NCBI GenBank assembly: GCA_964470375.1
Contig: CAYYCP010000006.1
Coordinates: forward strand, 524 to 64,523
Reading direction: 5' to 3'
Length of the DNA stretch: 64,000 nucleotides
Origin: an uncultured Spirochaetales bacterium
GTDB taxonomy: Bacteria; Spirochaetota; Spirochaetia; Treponematales; JBGSOB01
In this document: positions 34,444 through 42,899 of the stretch, one piece after another
Layout of the letters: each line of letters starts with the position of its first letter
How positions within the stretch are numbered: the stretch's first letter is position 1
Notes under the pieces: model-generated
The model's database searches: none
Told to the model about the DNA's origin: nothing
Seen by the model: only the letters and a program-made list of their open reading frames with translations
Program-made: the position numbers and the translations under genes

Positions 34444-35697
34444 TCATGAGATGGAATCGATCTGGACGAAGCTCTTAATAAGGAAGGTATCCAGCAAATC
34501 CAAGCCTGCGGGCTTAAGGGACAGGGTTTCTCCGTCATAAAAAGCCAGGCCCCGGGCGGCCCAGTCTCGTATGGTCTCTCCGATAGCCTCCTCCAGCTCC
34601 AGGCCGAAGCGATCCCTGAAGGCGGCCGCGCTTATCCCCCGGGCGCAGCGCAAGCCCATGAGGAGGAATTCCTTCATCGAATCGGCCTTGGATACGATCT
34701 CGATTTCAGCCGCCCCGCCTATCCATGTCCCGCCGTCAGGACTCTTCCATGCACGCGAGATATAGGCCTCTATGTCCCTGGCGGCCGTGCGTCTCAGGGT
34801 CTTCCCCCCAGGCAGGGGCAGGCTGGATACGGCTCCCGCTCCTAAGCCGATGTAGGGATCCATGCGCCAATAGCCCAGATTGTGGCGGCATTCATGCCCG
34901 GGCAGGGCGAAGTTGGACACCTCATAGCGCTGGAAGCCGAGGTTTTTCAGCAATTCGCAGGCCATGATCCAGGCTTCCTCCTCGGCTTCGGGTGATGGGA
35001 AAAGCTCCGGTACGGAAAGCCTCATCGTATGGAAGAGCGTACCCTCCTCTACCGTAAGGCAATAGAGGGAGATGTGCTGGAAGCCTGCCTCCGCCACCTC
35101 CTCCAGCCCTTCACGGAGGCCCCGGAGACTCTGGGCGGGCAAGCCCAGGATGAGATCGGCGCTCTTCTCCCCCGGCCATGAGCGCGCGACGAGCTCTATG
35201 GCGGCCCTGGCCTGCCCGACTCCACACGGGCGCTGGGCAGCCTCCAGGGCCTTTTCCTCAAGGCTCTGTATTCCCAGAGAGAGCCGTGTCAGGCCTCCCT
35301 CCCCCAGACAGTCCAAGAGGCCTTGATCCAGGCTCTCGGGATTGCACTCCATGGTCCATTCAAAGTCACGGCAGGTCCCTCCCCCCGCTGAGTCCTTTAT
35401 GGCCCTGAGGAGGCCTCTGAGACTCCGGCGCGGGAGGATGCTCGGCGTCCCCCCCCCTATGTAGGCGCTCTTCCAGCCCAGGGTCTCCCTCCTCCAGGCC
35501 GCCATGGCCGAGAGCTCGTCCTCCAGGGACTCGGCATAGGCCTCCATGGCCTCAGGCCCAAGGCCGGGCAGGGAGTAGAAGTCGCAATAGGCGCACTTGG
35601 AGCGGCAAAAGGGTATATGGACGTAGAGAGAGGCTTCCCGAGCCGCCCTCCCGGCGGCAGCCTCCTCAGCCGGGTTCAGCGCCTGCCGAGAGGCCAA
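34444..35697 (-). CDS. hemW: Radical SAM HemW/HemN-like protein (coproporphyrinogen III oxidase-like heme chaperone)
   Basis: LYVHIPFCRSKCAYCDFYS (CxxxCxxC), then ...YIGGGTPS... Confidence 0.85.
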   Translation of the reverse strand: MASRQALNPAEEAAAGRAAREASLYVHIPFCRSKCAYCDFYSLPGLGPEAMEAYAESLEDELSAMAAWRRETLGWKSAYIGGGTPSILPRRSLRGLLRAIKDSAGGGTCRDFEWTMECNPESLDQGLLDCLGEGGLTRLSLGIQSLEEKALEAAQRPCGVGQARAAIELVARSWPGEKSADLILGLPAQSLRGLREGLEEVAEAGFQHISLYCLTVEEGTLFHTMRLSVPELFPSPEAEEEAWIMACELLKNLGFQRYEVSNFALPGHECRHNLGYWRMDPYIGLGAGAVSSLPLPGGKTLRRTAARDIEAYISRAWKSPDGGTWIGGAAEIEIVSKADSMKEFLLMGLRCARGISAAAFRDRFGLELEEAIGETIRDWAARGLAFYDGETLSLKPAGLDLLDTFLIKSFVQIDSIS

Positions 35698-36425
35698 TAT
35701 CGACCGATGTAAAGGGCTCGTATGGCGTCCTCCTCCAAGGGACCCCAGGAGCGCGAATCATAGAACACGCCTCTGTCATCGCTCAGGAGGTAGTATTGGC
35801 CGGGTCCAAGGACGATCTCCTCGACATCGCCGGAAAAAGGTAGGCCGGAATCCCATCCCTCAGGCAGAACGGGCAGAACCGTATCGTAGGGGCTCGGAGC
35901 CAGCTCGTCCTCAGAGAAGTAACCGCTCTCACCTTCCGGACGGATGTAAGCCGTGAAGCCCCGGATACGCAGGGTGTCCCCAGGCAGGCCTACCACCCGT
36001 TTGAGGACCGGCTCTACGGAGGCCTTTCCGCCCAGGCCGATGGTTTGGAGAGTGAAAAAGCGCACAAGGTTGTCCGCAGCCAGGGCCAGGCCGCCGCGCC
36101 TGACCGTCCCAGGGGGCTCGGCCAGGACGATGTCCCCCCTGCGCGGGCTGCGGAATCCGGGCAGGGGCTTTCCGGACAGGATGCTCATGGGACCGAAGAC
36201 GATAGGCGAAAGGAGGATGCGGTCTCCGGGCTGGAGGGCCGGGGCCATGGAGGCCGAGCCGACCCGGAAAGGCGACAAAAAAACGCCGCTGAGCGCGGCA
36301 TAGGTTATGAAGACCAGGGCCAGGAGAAGGAGGACGCGTAGGCGCTTTCGGTGCAGCCTCTTCTGGTCGGAATAGGAAAGGCGCCTTGTCCCGCGCACGT
36401 TGGCCTCCTCGGCCGAGGCTAGCAC
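35676..36425 (-). CDS. lepB: Signal peptidase I
   Basis: N-terminal TM, then GSASMAPALQPGDRILL (S26 catalytic Ser box), ...VKRVVGLPGD..., ...LSDDRGVFYDSR. GTG start. Confidence 0.8.
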   Translation of the reverse strand: MLASAEEANVRGTRRLSYSDQKRLHRKRLRVLLLLALVFITYAALSGVFLSPFRVGSASMAPALQPGDRILLSPIVFGPMSILSGKPLPGFRSPRRGDIVLAEPPGTVRRGGLALAADNLVRFFTLQTIGLGGKASVEPVLKRVVGLPGDTLRIRGFTAYIRPEGESGYFSEDELAPSPYDTVLPVLPEGWDSGLPFSGDVEEIVLGPGQYYLLSDDRGVFYDSRSWGPLEEDAIRALYIGRYWPLGRR

Positions 36426-36433
36426 GGACCCTA

Positions 36434-36464
36434 GGCCTTGGCAAGGGCTGGATGAGCCAAGGCC
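36434..36464. repeat. Perfect 9-bp inverted repeat GGCCTTGGC-N13-GCCAAGGCC in the lepB/smpB divergent region
   Basis: Arms at 36434-36442 and 36456-36464. The repeat lies 9 nt upstream of the lepB GTG and 11 nt upstream of the smpB -35. Confidence 0.6.
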
Positions 36465-36474
36465 CGGCCTCGGC

Positions 36475-36504
36475 TTGCACCTACGCGTCCCTTGCCCCTA
36501 TAAT
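36475..36504 (+). promoter_or_regulatory. Predicted smpB promoter (TTGCAC-18-TATAAT)
   Basis: TTGCAC 36475-36480, consensus TATAAT 36499-36504, GGAGG SD at 36516-36520. Confidence 0.55.
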
Positions 36505-36524
36505 CCCCGTCTTATGGAGGCGTG

Positions 36525-36989
36525 ATGCCCGAGGGTTCCATAAAGCAGATCGCCGCCAACCGGCGGGCCTTCCATGACTACTCGGTCGACGAGACCATCG
36601 AGTGCGGGATGGAGCTCCTGGGCACCGAGGTCAAGTCCTTCCGCTCGGGAGCCATCTCCTTTCCCGACTCATACGCCATCGTAGAAGGTGGTCAGGTCTA
36701 TCTCCTCGGCTTGCACGTCTCAGAATACGCCTACTCCTCTGTCTTCAACCACGATCCTGACCGCCGTCGACGCCTCCTCCTGCACCGCTCCGAGATCAGG
36801 CGCCTTGGACGCAAGGTCCAGGAGAAGGGCTACACCCTGATCCCCCTACGCTTCTACTTCAAGGACGGTCTTGTGAAGGTAGCCTTGGGGCTGTGCAAGG
36901 GCAAGAAGCAATACGATAAGCGCGCCGACATCAAGGAACGCGACGTGCGCCGAGACATGGACCGCGAGTCCCGCGGTCGGCTCGCCTAG
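36525..36989 (+). CDS. smpB: SsrA-binding protein
   Basis: IAANRRAFHDYSV.ETIECGMELLGTEVKS...LLLHRSEI...GYTLIPLRFYFK.GLVKVALGLCKGKKQYDKR. Confidence 0.9.
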   Translation: MPEGSIKQIAANRRAFHDYSVDETIECGMELLGTEVKSFRSGAISFPDSYAIVEGGQVYLLGLHVSEYAYSSVFNHDPDRRRRLLLHRSEIRRLGRKVQEKGYTLIPLRFYFKDGLVKVALGLCKGKKQYDKRADIKERDVRRDMDRESRGRLA

Positions 36990-36995
36990 GCCTCC

Positions 36996-37544
36996 GTGCG
37001 CGTTACCGGCGGCAGCCTGCGCGGGCGGACGGTGGGGGCCGCGCGCGGCCACGAGGGTATCCGGCCGGCCATGGACAGGATGCGCGAATCCGTATTCGCC
37101 GTCCTGGGCGACCTAAGCGGTGTATCCTTCCTGGATCTCTTCTCGGGTTCGGGCATCATCGCCCTGGAGGCGGTATCGCGCGGGGCTGACCCAGTGACCT
37201 GCGTTGAAAAGGATCCCGATAAGCGCCGCAGCATCGCCGCCAACCTGGCCATCGCCCCTAGGCCCGTGCGCCTGCGCATCATGCCGGTGGAGCTCTACCT
37301 CATGCGCTCCAAGGACAGCTTCGACCTAGTCTTCGCCGATCCGCCCTTCCCCTACCGCTTCCGGGCCGATCTCTGCCTGAGCCTGTCTAGGCGCCCTGTC
37401 CTCAAGCCCGGGGGCCTTCTCCTCATCCACTACCCCTCCGATGATCCCCTGCCGGAGGCTCTTGAGGGTTTCATCCGAGTAGACCGCAGAGCCTTCGGAC
37501 GCTCGGTAGTCGACTTCCTGCGCAAGGAAGGGCGATCACCCTGA
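36996..37544 (+). CDS. rsmD: 16S rRNA (guanine966-N2)-methyltransferase
   Basis: MRVTGGSLRGR...RPAMDRMRESVFA...FLDLFSGSG...VFADPPF. Confidence 0.85.
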   Translation: MRVTGGSLRGRTVGAARGHEGIRPAMDRMRESVFAVLGDLSGVSFLDLFSGSGIIALEAVSRGADPVTCVEKDPDKRRSIAANLAIAPRPVRLRIMPVELYLMRSKDSFDLVFADPPFPYRFRADLCLSLSRRPVLKPGGLLLIHYPSDDPLPEALEGFIRVDRRAFGRSVVDFLRKEGRSP

Positions 37545-37561
37545 TCCTTGACGGCGGGGCC

Positions 37562-37750
37562 TCAGCGGTCAATGGACCTTAAGTATTCCCTCAACTTAGC
37601 CTCTAGATCCTGTGCCCGGACCTCCGCATCAGCCGCCCGAACCTCATCCAGGCCGGTCCGACCGGGATCCAGCCCCAGGCCTGCCTCCCCGGCCAGGAGG
37701 CTCCATTCCTGCTCATCATCTATGGCGATCACGTTCGCCTCCGCGCCCAT
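37562..37750 (-). CDS. Possible small acidic protein (62 aa as written; could be 78 aa if joined to an upstream SD+ATG at an A6 tract)
   Basis: Third-codon positions are G/C-rich like real genes. No family recognised and no SD of its own. See the finding on 37562-37810. Confidence 0.3.
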   Translation of the reverse strand: MGAEANVIAIDDEQEWSLLAGEAGLGLDPGRTGLDEVRAADAEVRAQDLEAKLREYLRSIDR

Positions 37751-37823
37751 TATATCCCGCCCGGCCGCGGCATCCCCGTCGATTCCACGCTTTTTTCATC
37801 ACCTTCTCCAGAATCCGGCGTCA

Positions 37824-37852
37824 TTGCATTTTCCAACCCCTTCCATTATATT
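37824..37852 (+). promoter_or_regulatory. Predicted promoter TTGCAT-17-TATATT for the gene at 37885
   Basis: TTGCAT 37824-37829, 17-nt spacer, TATATT 37847-37852. Confidence 0.5.
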
Positions 37853-37884
37853 TACCGCGAATATGAGGGCGAAGTGGTTCTCCC

Positions 37885-38256
37885 ATGGCCGATGATCCCT
37901 TCGAGCGCCTAAGAGAAGAAGGTTTCATCAAAACCGGGGACGTCCCCAGGGACGGGCTCGGTCAGGCCGAAAAGGTTGGGCTCAATCGCAGGGGAAACGA
38001 GCTCTTCAATTCCGGGGACGTCGAGGCGGCCCGGCGTGTCTTCCAGACCACCGGCTACTCTGACGGGTTGATCCGGGTCGGAGACTTTTACTTCAAGCAG
38101 GGCCGGGCCGTGGACGCGTTGAAGATGTACTGGCTTGCCAAGGACAGGCGGCGCGCGGGAGAGCTCATTGAAAAAATTGCTCGCATCATTCAAAACCTAC
38201 TGACGGAAGAGGCGAAAAATGGCGGAAGAAGGGAAGAACGGGCCCCAGGCGGATAG
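37885..38256 (+). CDS. Hypothetical small protein with one or two TPR-like helices
   Basis: 123-aa ORF: NELFNSGDVEAARRVFQTTGYSDGLIRVGDFYFKQGRAVDALKMYWLA. Confidence 0.6.
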   Translation: MADDPFERLREEGFIKTGDVPRDGLGQAEKVGLNRRGNELFNSGDVEAARRVFQTTGYSDGLIRVGDFYFKQGRAVDALKMYWLAKDRRRAGELIEKIARIIQNLLTEEAKNGGRREERAPGG

Positions 38257-39355
38257 CGAGGGCCTGGAGCAGAATACTGAGCTCAACGAGATTTCCGAGC
38301 TTTCCAAGAAAGGCTATCAGTACCTCAAGGAAAACCGCACTCAGGACGCCGAGACCTGCTTCATGAGCATCCTGGAGAAAGACCGCGAGAACAACTACGC
38401 CCTGGTGGGCATGGGAGACGCGGCCCGCAAGCGGGGGGCCTTCCGAGACGCTGTCGAGTACTATAAGAAATGCCTGATCTACCATCCGGGCAACAATTAC
38501 GCCCTGTTCGGTCTGGCCGACTGCTACAAGGCCCTCAATCTCTACCAGAAGGCGATAGAAATCTGGGAGCAATACCTCCTCCACGACGACCGCAACATCA
38601 CCGTCCTGACCCGGGTGGCCGACGCCTACCGGAAGGTGCGCGACTTCCGTAAGTCCAAGGCCATCTACCTGCGTGTCCTGGAGATGGAGCAGGACAACCC
38701 CTACGCCCTGATAGGCCTGGGCCACCTGCACTACGACTTCAAGGAGTACCGCGAGGCCCTGATCTACTGGATGCACATGCTGGAGCTGCATAAGGAGGAC
38801 GTGGACATACGCGTACTCACCTCCATCGGTAACTGCCACCGCAAGCTCAAGACCTTCGACCAGGGCGTGCCTTACTTCGACCGGGCCCTTCAAATGGAGC
38901 CCGACAACTTCTACGCCCTGTTCGGCTTGGCGGACTGCTACCGCGGCATGAACCAGCAGGCCCGCTCCCTGGAGTACTGGAACCGCATCCTGGCCAAGGA
39001 TCCGCGCAACAAGGTCATCCTAACCCGGGCCGGGGACGCCTACCGCAACATGGGCGACTTCGACAAGGCCGTGGAATATTATGAACGCGCGCTGAACATC
39101 GAGTTCGACGTCTACGCCGTGCTGGGCCTGGCGGTGGTGGCGCGCCTCCAGGGCAAGTACGACGTGGCCATCGAGTCCCTGCGTAAGCTCATCCTCAACG
39201 ACACCAAGAATTACCGCCTCTTCGTGGAGCTGGCCGAGTGCTACGCAGCCCGAGGCGAGCGCCAGAAGGCCGTCGAGACCCTCCAGGACTTCATGCGCCT
39301 GGGCATCCGCAACTCCGTGGTCCAGGAGGCCATGGAGCGCATACAGCGCATGTAG
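38219..39355 (+). CDS. TPR repeat protein
   Basis: At least eight 34-aa TPR units with the recurring pattern NxYALxGLADCY...A(I/L)xxW. Overlaps the previous ORF by 38 nt. Confidence 0.78.
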   Translation: MAEEGKNGPQADSEGLEQNTELNEISELSKKGYQYLKENRTQDAETCFMSILEKDRENNYALVGMGDAARKRGAFRDAVEYYKKCLIYHPGNNYALFGLADCYKALNLYQKAIEIWEQYLLHDDRNITVLTRVADAYRKVRDFRKSKAIYLRVLEMEQDNPYALIGLGHLHYDFKEYREALIYWMHMLELHKEDVDIRVLTSIGNCHRKLKTFDQGVPYFDRALQMEPDNFYALFGLADCYRGMNQQARSLEYWNRILAKDPRNKVILTRAGDAYRNMGDFDKAVEYYERALNIEFDVYAVLGLAVVARLQGKYDVAIESLRKLILNDTKNYRLFVELAECYAARGERQKAVETLQDFMRLGIRNSVVQEAMERIQRM

Positions 39356-39357
39356 GC

Positions 39358-40389
39358 ATGGGCCTTCCCGCCCGCGGCTGGGCCGGCCTCCTGCCCGATG
39401 AGATCGCCGTCCGGGCCGGGTTTTCCCCGGCCTTCCGCGGCCGCCAAGCCTTTGAATGGATCCAGCGCGGGGCCGCCTCCTGGCTGGAGATGAGCGTCCT
39501 GCCGGAAGCCGAGCGCCGCCGCCTGGCTGAGTCCGGCCCCCTGGCCGAGTCCACCGTGACGGCCCGCCTCACAGGCGATGACGGCACCCTGAAGCTGGGC
39601 CTGCGCTTGCGCGACGGAGCCCAGGTGGAATGCGTCCTCCTCAGGGACGCCGAGGGGCGGCGTACGGCCTGCCTATCCACCCAGGTCGGTTGCCCCATGG
39701 CCTGTGCTTTCTGTAAGACAGGCAGCCTGGGCTTCCAGCGCAACCTCTCGGCATCCGAAATCGTTGAGCAGCTCCTGGCCCTGAACCGGGAGGGAGAAAG
39801 CGCCTCCAACCTGGTCTTCATGGGCATGGGCGAGCCCCTCCTCAACCTCGCCGAGCTCAGGCGGGCGGTCGAGGTCATCCGCCATCCGGCCGGCCTGGGC
39901 ATGGGGGCACGGCGCATCACTATTTCGACCTCAGGCATAGTTGAGGGCATCCTCGATCTGGCTAGATCCGGTCCCTATCTCCGCCTAGCCGTCTCCCTGA
40001 CGACGGCCGATCCCCTCCTGCGCGGGCGCCTCATGCCGGTGACCAAGACGAACCCCCTAGACGCCCTCAAGGAGGCCCTCCTGGCCTACCAGGCGGCCTC
40101 GGGCGACCGCATCACCCTGGAAGCCGTCATCCTTGGCGGATTGAATACACGCGCGGAGGATGCCGATGCCATCGCATCTTTTTCCCGTGGCCTCTCCGTC
40201 CAGATCAACGTCATCCCCTGGAATCCCGTGGAGGGGATGGATTTCAAGCAACCCACGACGCGTGAAATTGAGGCTTTCATCAGGGAACTGCAACGGCTCG
40301 GCCTCACCGTGACCCGGCGCATGCGCCGAGGGCGGGGCGTATCGGGGGCCTGCGGTCAGCTGGGCGGCTTAGCGGAATCGGGAAAGTGA
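39358..40389 (+). CDS. rlmN: 23S rRNA/tRNA (adenine-C2)-methyltransferase, radical SAM
   Basis: FRGRQAFEWI...CLSTQVGCPMACAFCKTG...NLVFMGMGEPL...TISTSG...NVIPWN. ATG 39358 follows the TPR gene stop. The ORF-track extension to 39238 is rejected. Confidence 0.9.
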   Translation: MGLPARGWAGLLPDEIAVRAGFSPAFRGRQAFEWIQRGAASWLEMSVLPEAERRRLAESGPLAESTVTARLTGDDGTLKLGLRLRDGAQVECVLLRDAEGRRTACLSTQVGCPMACAFCKTGSLGFQRNLSASEIVEQLLALNREGESASNLVFMGMGEPLLNLAELRRAVEVIRHPAGLGMGARRITISTSGIVEGILDLARSGPYLRLAVSLTTADPLLRGRLMPVTKTNPLDALKEALLAYQAASGDRITLEAVILGGLNTRAEDADAIASFSRGLSVQINVIPWNPVEGMDFKQPTTREIEAFIRELQRLGLTVTRRMRRGRGVSGACGQLGGLAESGK

Positions 40390-40390
40390 A

Positions 40391-40424
40391 AAAAGGGCCG
40401 GCGACATCGCGTCAGCCCCTTCCC
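40391..40424. terminator. Weak imperfect GC hairpin flanked by an A5/T5 run between convergent rlmN and serA
   Basis: aaaaaGGGCCGGCGACatcgcGTCAGCCCC. On the minus strand it is followed by TTTTT. The stem has mismatches. Confidence 0.3.
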
Positions 40425-40440
40425 TAGGTTCCAGACGACC

Positions 40441-41610
40441 TCAACTCACCTTGATCTTCCTGACCCGGATGACGCCCTCGATGGCGGATATCTTCTGCAG
40501 GTCGGCATCCTGGATGTCGCTGTCGAGGTCGATGATGTTGTAGGCCACCTCGCCGCGGTTCTTGTTGATCATCTCGCAGATGTTGAGCTTGGCCTCGGCT
40601 AGGACAGCGGTGATCTTTCCCAGCATGGCCGGAACGTTCTTGTTCATGACCGTCAGGCGCACACCGCCGCAGGAGGGGGAATCTATCTCGCAGGCCGGGA
40701 AGTTGACCGAATTGACGATGGCCCCACGCTCCAGGTAGGCCGCCAGCTGGCGGCAGGCCATCACCGCGCAGTTGTCCTCGGCCTCGGGGGTGGAGGCGCC
40801 CAGATGCGGTATCAACAGGACCTTTTCCTTACCCACCAGGGCGTCATCCGGGAAGTCCGTCACATAGGACTCCACGGTTCCGGCCTCGATGGCCTTCAGG
40901 ATGGCCTCGTTATCCACCAAGCCCCCCCGCGAGAGGTTGACGATGCGGATGCCGCGCTTGCATGCCTCCAGGAATTTTGCATTGATGATCTTTTTGGTGG
41001 AATCCAGGAGTGGCACGTGGATGCTGAGGAAGTCGGCCTCCGCCACCAGGCCCTCCAGGGTACGGGCGCGCTTGACCTGGCTGGAAAGGCGCCAGGCGGC
41101 CTCAACCGATATCTCGGGATCGTAGCCTATCACTTCCATGCCTAGGGCCAGGGCGGCGTTGGCCACCATGGAACCGATAGCCCCCAATCCCATCACGGCT
41201 AGACGCTTGCCCATGATCTCGGGTCCGGCGAAGCGGTTCTTTTCCTTCTCCACCAGCTCGGCCAGCCCGGACGTGACCGTCTGGGCCCAGGCAGCCCCTT
41301 CTGCTATGCGGCGGCAGGACAAGAGGAGGGCGGCTATGGCGAGCTCCTTGACCCCGTTGGCGTTGGCGCCGGGGGTGTTGAAGACCACTACGCCCTTGGC
41401 GGTCATGGCGTCTATGGGGATGTTGTTCACGCCGGCACCGGCCCGGGCCACGGCCAGGAGGCCGCTCGGCAGTTCAAGGCTGTGCATGTCCGCGCTGCGA
41501 ACGAGAATTCCATGGCAATCGGCGCCGTTTTCCACGATCTCGAAGGGCCCATCCTGGAGTTCCTTGAGCCCGATCTCGGCGATTCTATTGAGCATCTTGA
41601 TCTTGTACAT
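40441..41610 (-). CDS. serA: D-3-phosphoglycerate dehydrogenase with C-terminal ACT domain
   Basis: MYKIKMLNRIAEIGL...GLGAIGSMVA (NAD-binding site)...HVPL...PHLGAST. GAAGGAGG SD is 6 nt before ATG 41610 (ORF track starts at 41616). Confidence 0.9.
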   Translation of the reverse strand: MYKIKMLNRIAEIGLKELQDGPFEIVENGADCHGILVRSADMHSLELPSGLLAVARAGAGVNNIPIDAMTAKGVVVFNTPGANANGVKELAIAALLLSCRRIAEGAAWAQTVTSGLAELVEKEKNRFAGPEIMGKRLAVMGLGAIGSMVANAALALGMEVIGYDPEISVEAAWRLSSQVKRARTLEGLVAEADFLSIHVPLLDSTKKIINAKFLEACKRGIRIVNLSRGGLVDNEAILKAIEAGTVESYVTDFPDDALVGKEKVLLIPHLGASTPEAEDNCAVMACRQLAAYLERGAIVNSVNFPACEIDSPSCGGVRLTVMNKNVPAMLGKITAVLAEAKLNICEMINKNRGEVAYNIIDLDSDIQDADLQKISAIEGVIRVRKIKVS

Positions 41611-41635
41611 CCCCATCCTCCTTCGCGTTCGGCCT

Positions 41636-41665
41636 ATCCTACAATAAAGGCCCGGAGGATATCAA
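41636..41665 (-). promoter_or_regulatory. Predicted serA promoter (TTGATA-18-TAGGAT)
   Basis: Minus strand: TTGATA (41665-41660), 18-nt spacer, TAGGAT (41641-41636). Confidence 0.5.
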
Positions 41666-41672
41666 GCATTTT

Positions 41673-42899
41673 TTATCGATTCTTTTCCTTCCTTCCGAGC
41701 CTGTCCATTCGGAAGCGAATCTCGTCCGCTAGGCCGCCATCCCCGCCCCTTCCGGCCCGTTCCTCCGTGCTTAGGAGCCTGAGGGCCTCGCCGCAGACCC
41801 TCAGGGCCGAGCGATAATCCCATAGGCGATGCTCGTAGAGCTTGGCCGCCTCGATCAGGCTACGGGGACTTGTGGGCATGCGGCTATAGATATCCAGAGC
41901 TTCCCTCCAGCGCCCCTCGCGTTTGTAGATCGCCGCGAGGCACATGGCGGCCTCTTCATCGCCTGCTACGGACGCCGATGAGAGGCATGTCTCCCAGCCG
42001 TCCATCCCGGAAAGGTAGAGGATGAGGCCGGCCCGGACCCTGTCGCAGGTCGCCGACTCCTCGGGGGCTTCCAGGCAGCGCAGGGCGGCCGCAGTCACGG
42101 CAGGCAGGGACAGGATGTCGGCCCGATGGTGCTCGAGGACGGGCAGGACAGGCTCCGGGTCCCCGCTGCGCAAGTAAGCCAGGTAGCGCTCGGGCGCCTC
42201 TGATCCCGGAACGTCAGCCGGCCTGGGCGATCTCAGGACCCCCGCCTCGATATCGGCCAGGCCGGCAGAGCCCAGGACCCTGCCCCAGAGGCGCCTGGCG
42301 GTGAAGAGGAGATCGATCTGGCTAGGCTCGGGCCAGCGTAGACCGTTCATAGAGCAGCGGCTCCTCAAGAGGGGGGCGTCGAAGCAGCGGCCGTTATAGG
42401 ATGCCATCCAGGCGGCCTCACGCATCAGGCCGATGACAGCCTCCAAAAAAGCCGGCTCTCCGGGGTAGTCCTCAAGGAAGAGCTGGGTGAGATGGAACCC
42501 ATCCTTCCCGAAACGCCCGGCCCCGAAGGCGAAGACGAAGGTGCCCGCCCCGGTCGATAGCCCGGTCGTCTCCGTGTCGATGAAGGCTATGTCCTCGCGC
42601 GGGACGTGCCGGGCCCCCGGATCCCAGGCCGGAAGGGCGCGGCCCCTCCCCGGCGGGGCCAGGCGGCGCAGGAGGAAGGGGCGGACGTCGATAGCGGGAG
42701 GAAAATCGATCACATGGAGGTTCTCACGCCTCAGGACCATGGGGGCGATGCGCTCCCAACCGAGGAAGACCCCGTTGCGACCTGCCGAGGCGGATGCGCC
42801 CAGACGGGCCTGACCGACTCTTCGGCCGGCTTCGGGGCCGGGGGGGCCGAGGCCTGCGTCGCGGATCCGCCTCAGGCGCTCCGAGAGGGATCCGGCCAT
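41673..42899 (-). CDS. RNase H-fold DEDDh 3'-5' exonuclease with C-terminal TPR-like region (YprB/MrfB-like)
   Basis: Exo motifs IAFIDTETTGLS, YNGRCFDAPLL and HHRADILSL. The C-terminus is helical and TPR-like. ATG 42899 chosen (ORF track 43016). Overlaps the helicase gene by 28 nt. Confidence 0.7.
   Translation of the reverse strand: MAGSLSERLRRIRDAGLGPPGPEAGRRVGQARLGASASAGRNGVFLGWERIAPMVLRRENLHVIDFPPAIDVRPFLLRRLAPPGRGRALPAWDPGARHVPREDIAFIDTETTGLSTGAGTFVFAFGAGRFGKDGFHLTQLFLEDYPGEPAFLEAVIGLMREAAWMASYNGRCFDAPLLRSRCSMNGLRWPEPSQIDLLFTARRLWGRVLGSAGLADIEAGVLRSPRPADVPGSEAPERYLAYLRSGDPEPVLPVLEHHRADILSLPAVTAAALRCLEAPEESATCDRVRAGLILYLSGMDGWETCLSSASVAGDEEAAMCLAAIYKREGRWREALDIYSRMPTSPRSLIEAAKLYEHRLWDYRSALRVCGEALRLLSTEERAGRGGDGGLADEIRFRMDRLGRKEKNR

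Noticed and set aside
37548-37895. 115-aa plus-strand ORF filling the rsmD to 37885 intergenic region.
   Set aside because: Ser/Pro/Ala/Arg-rich with no SD, and it runs through the predicted promoter of the next gene. The minus-strand small ORF looks more coding-like, though it is itself uncertain.
38186-38893. 235-aa minus-strand ORF antisense to the TPR gene.
   Set aside because: Val/Gly/Leu-rich shadow frame. The plus strand shows regular 34-aa TPR periodicity.
39238-39357. Extension of the rlmN ORF back into the TPR gene. The extensions 13518-13598 (XDH large subunit), 16026-16202 (FAD subunit), 53739-53927 (rdgB), 54664-54801 (sigma-like gene) and 57369-57488 (nth) are similar.
   Set aside because: Each extension overlaps a supported neighbouring gene, has non-coding-like composition, and is not needed to reach the family-typical N-terminus. 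A better-placed start with an SD or -10 box exists downstream.
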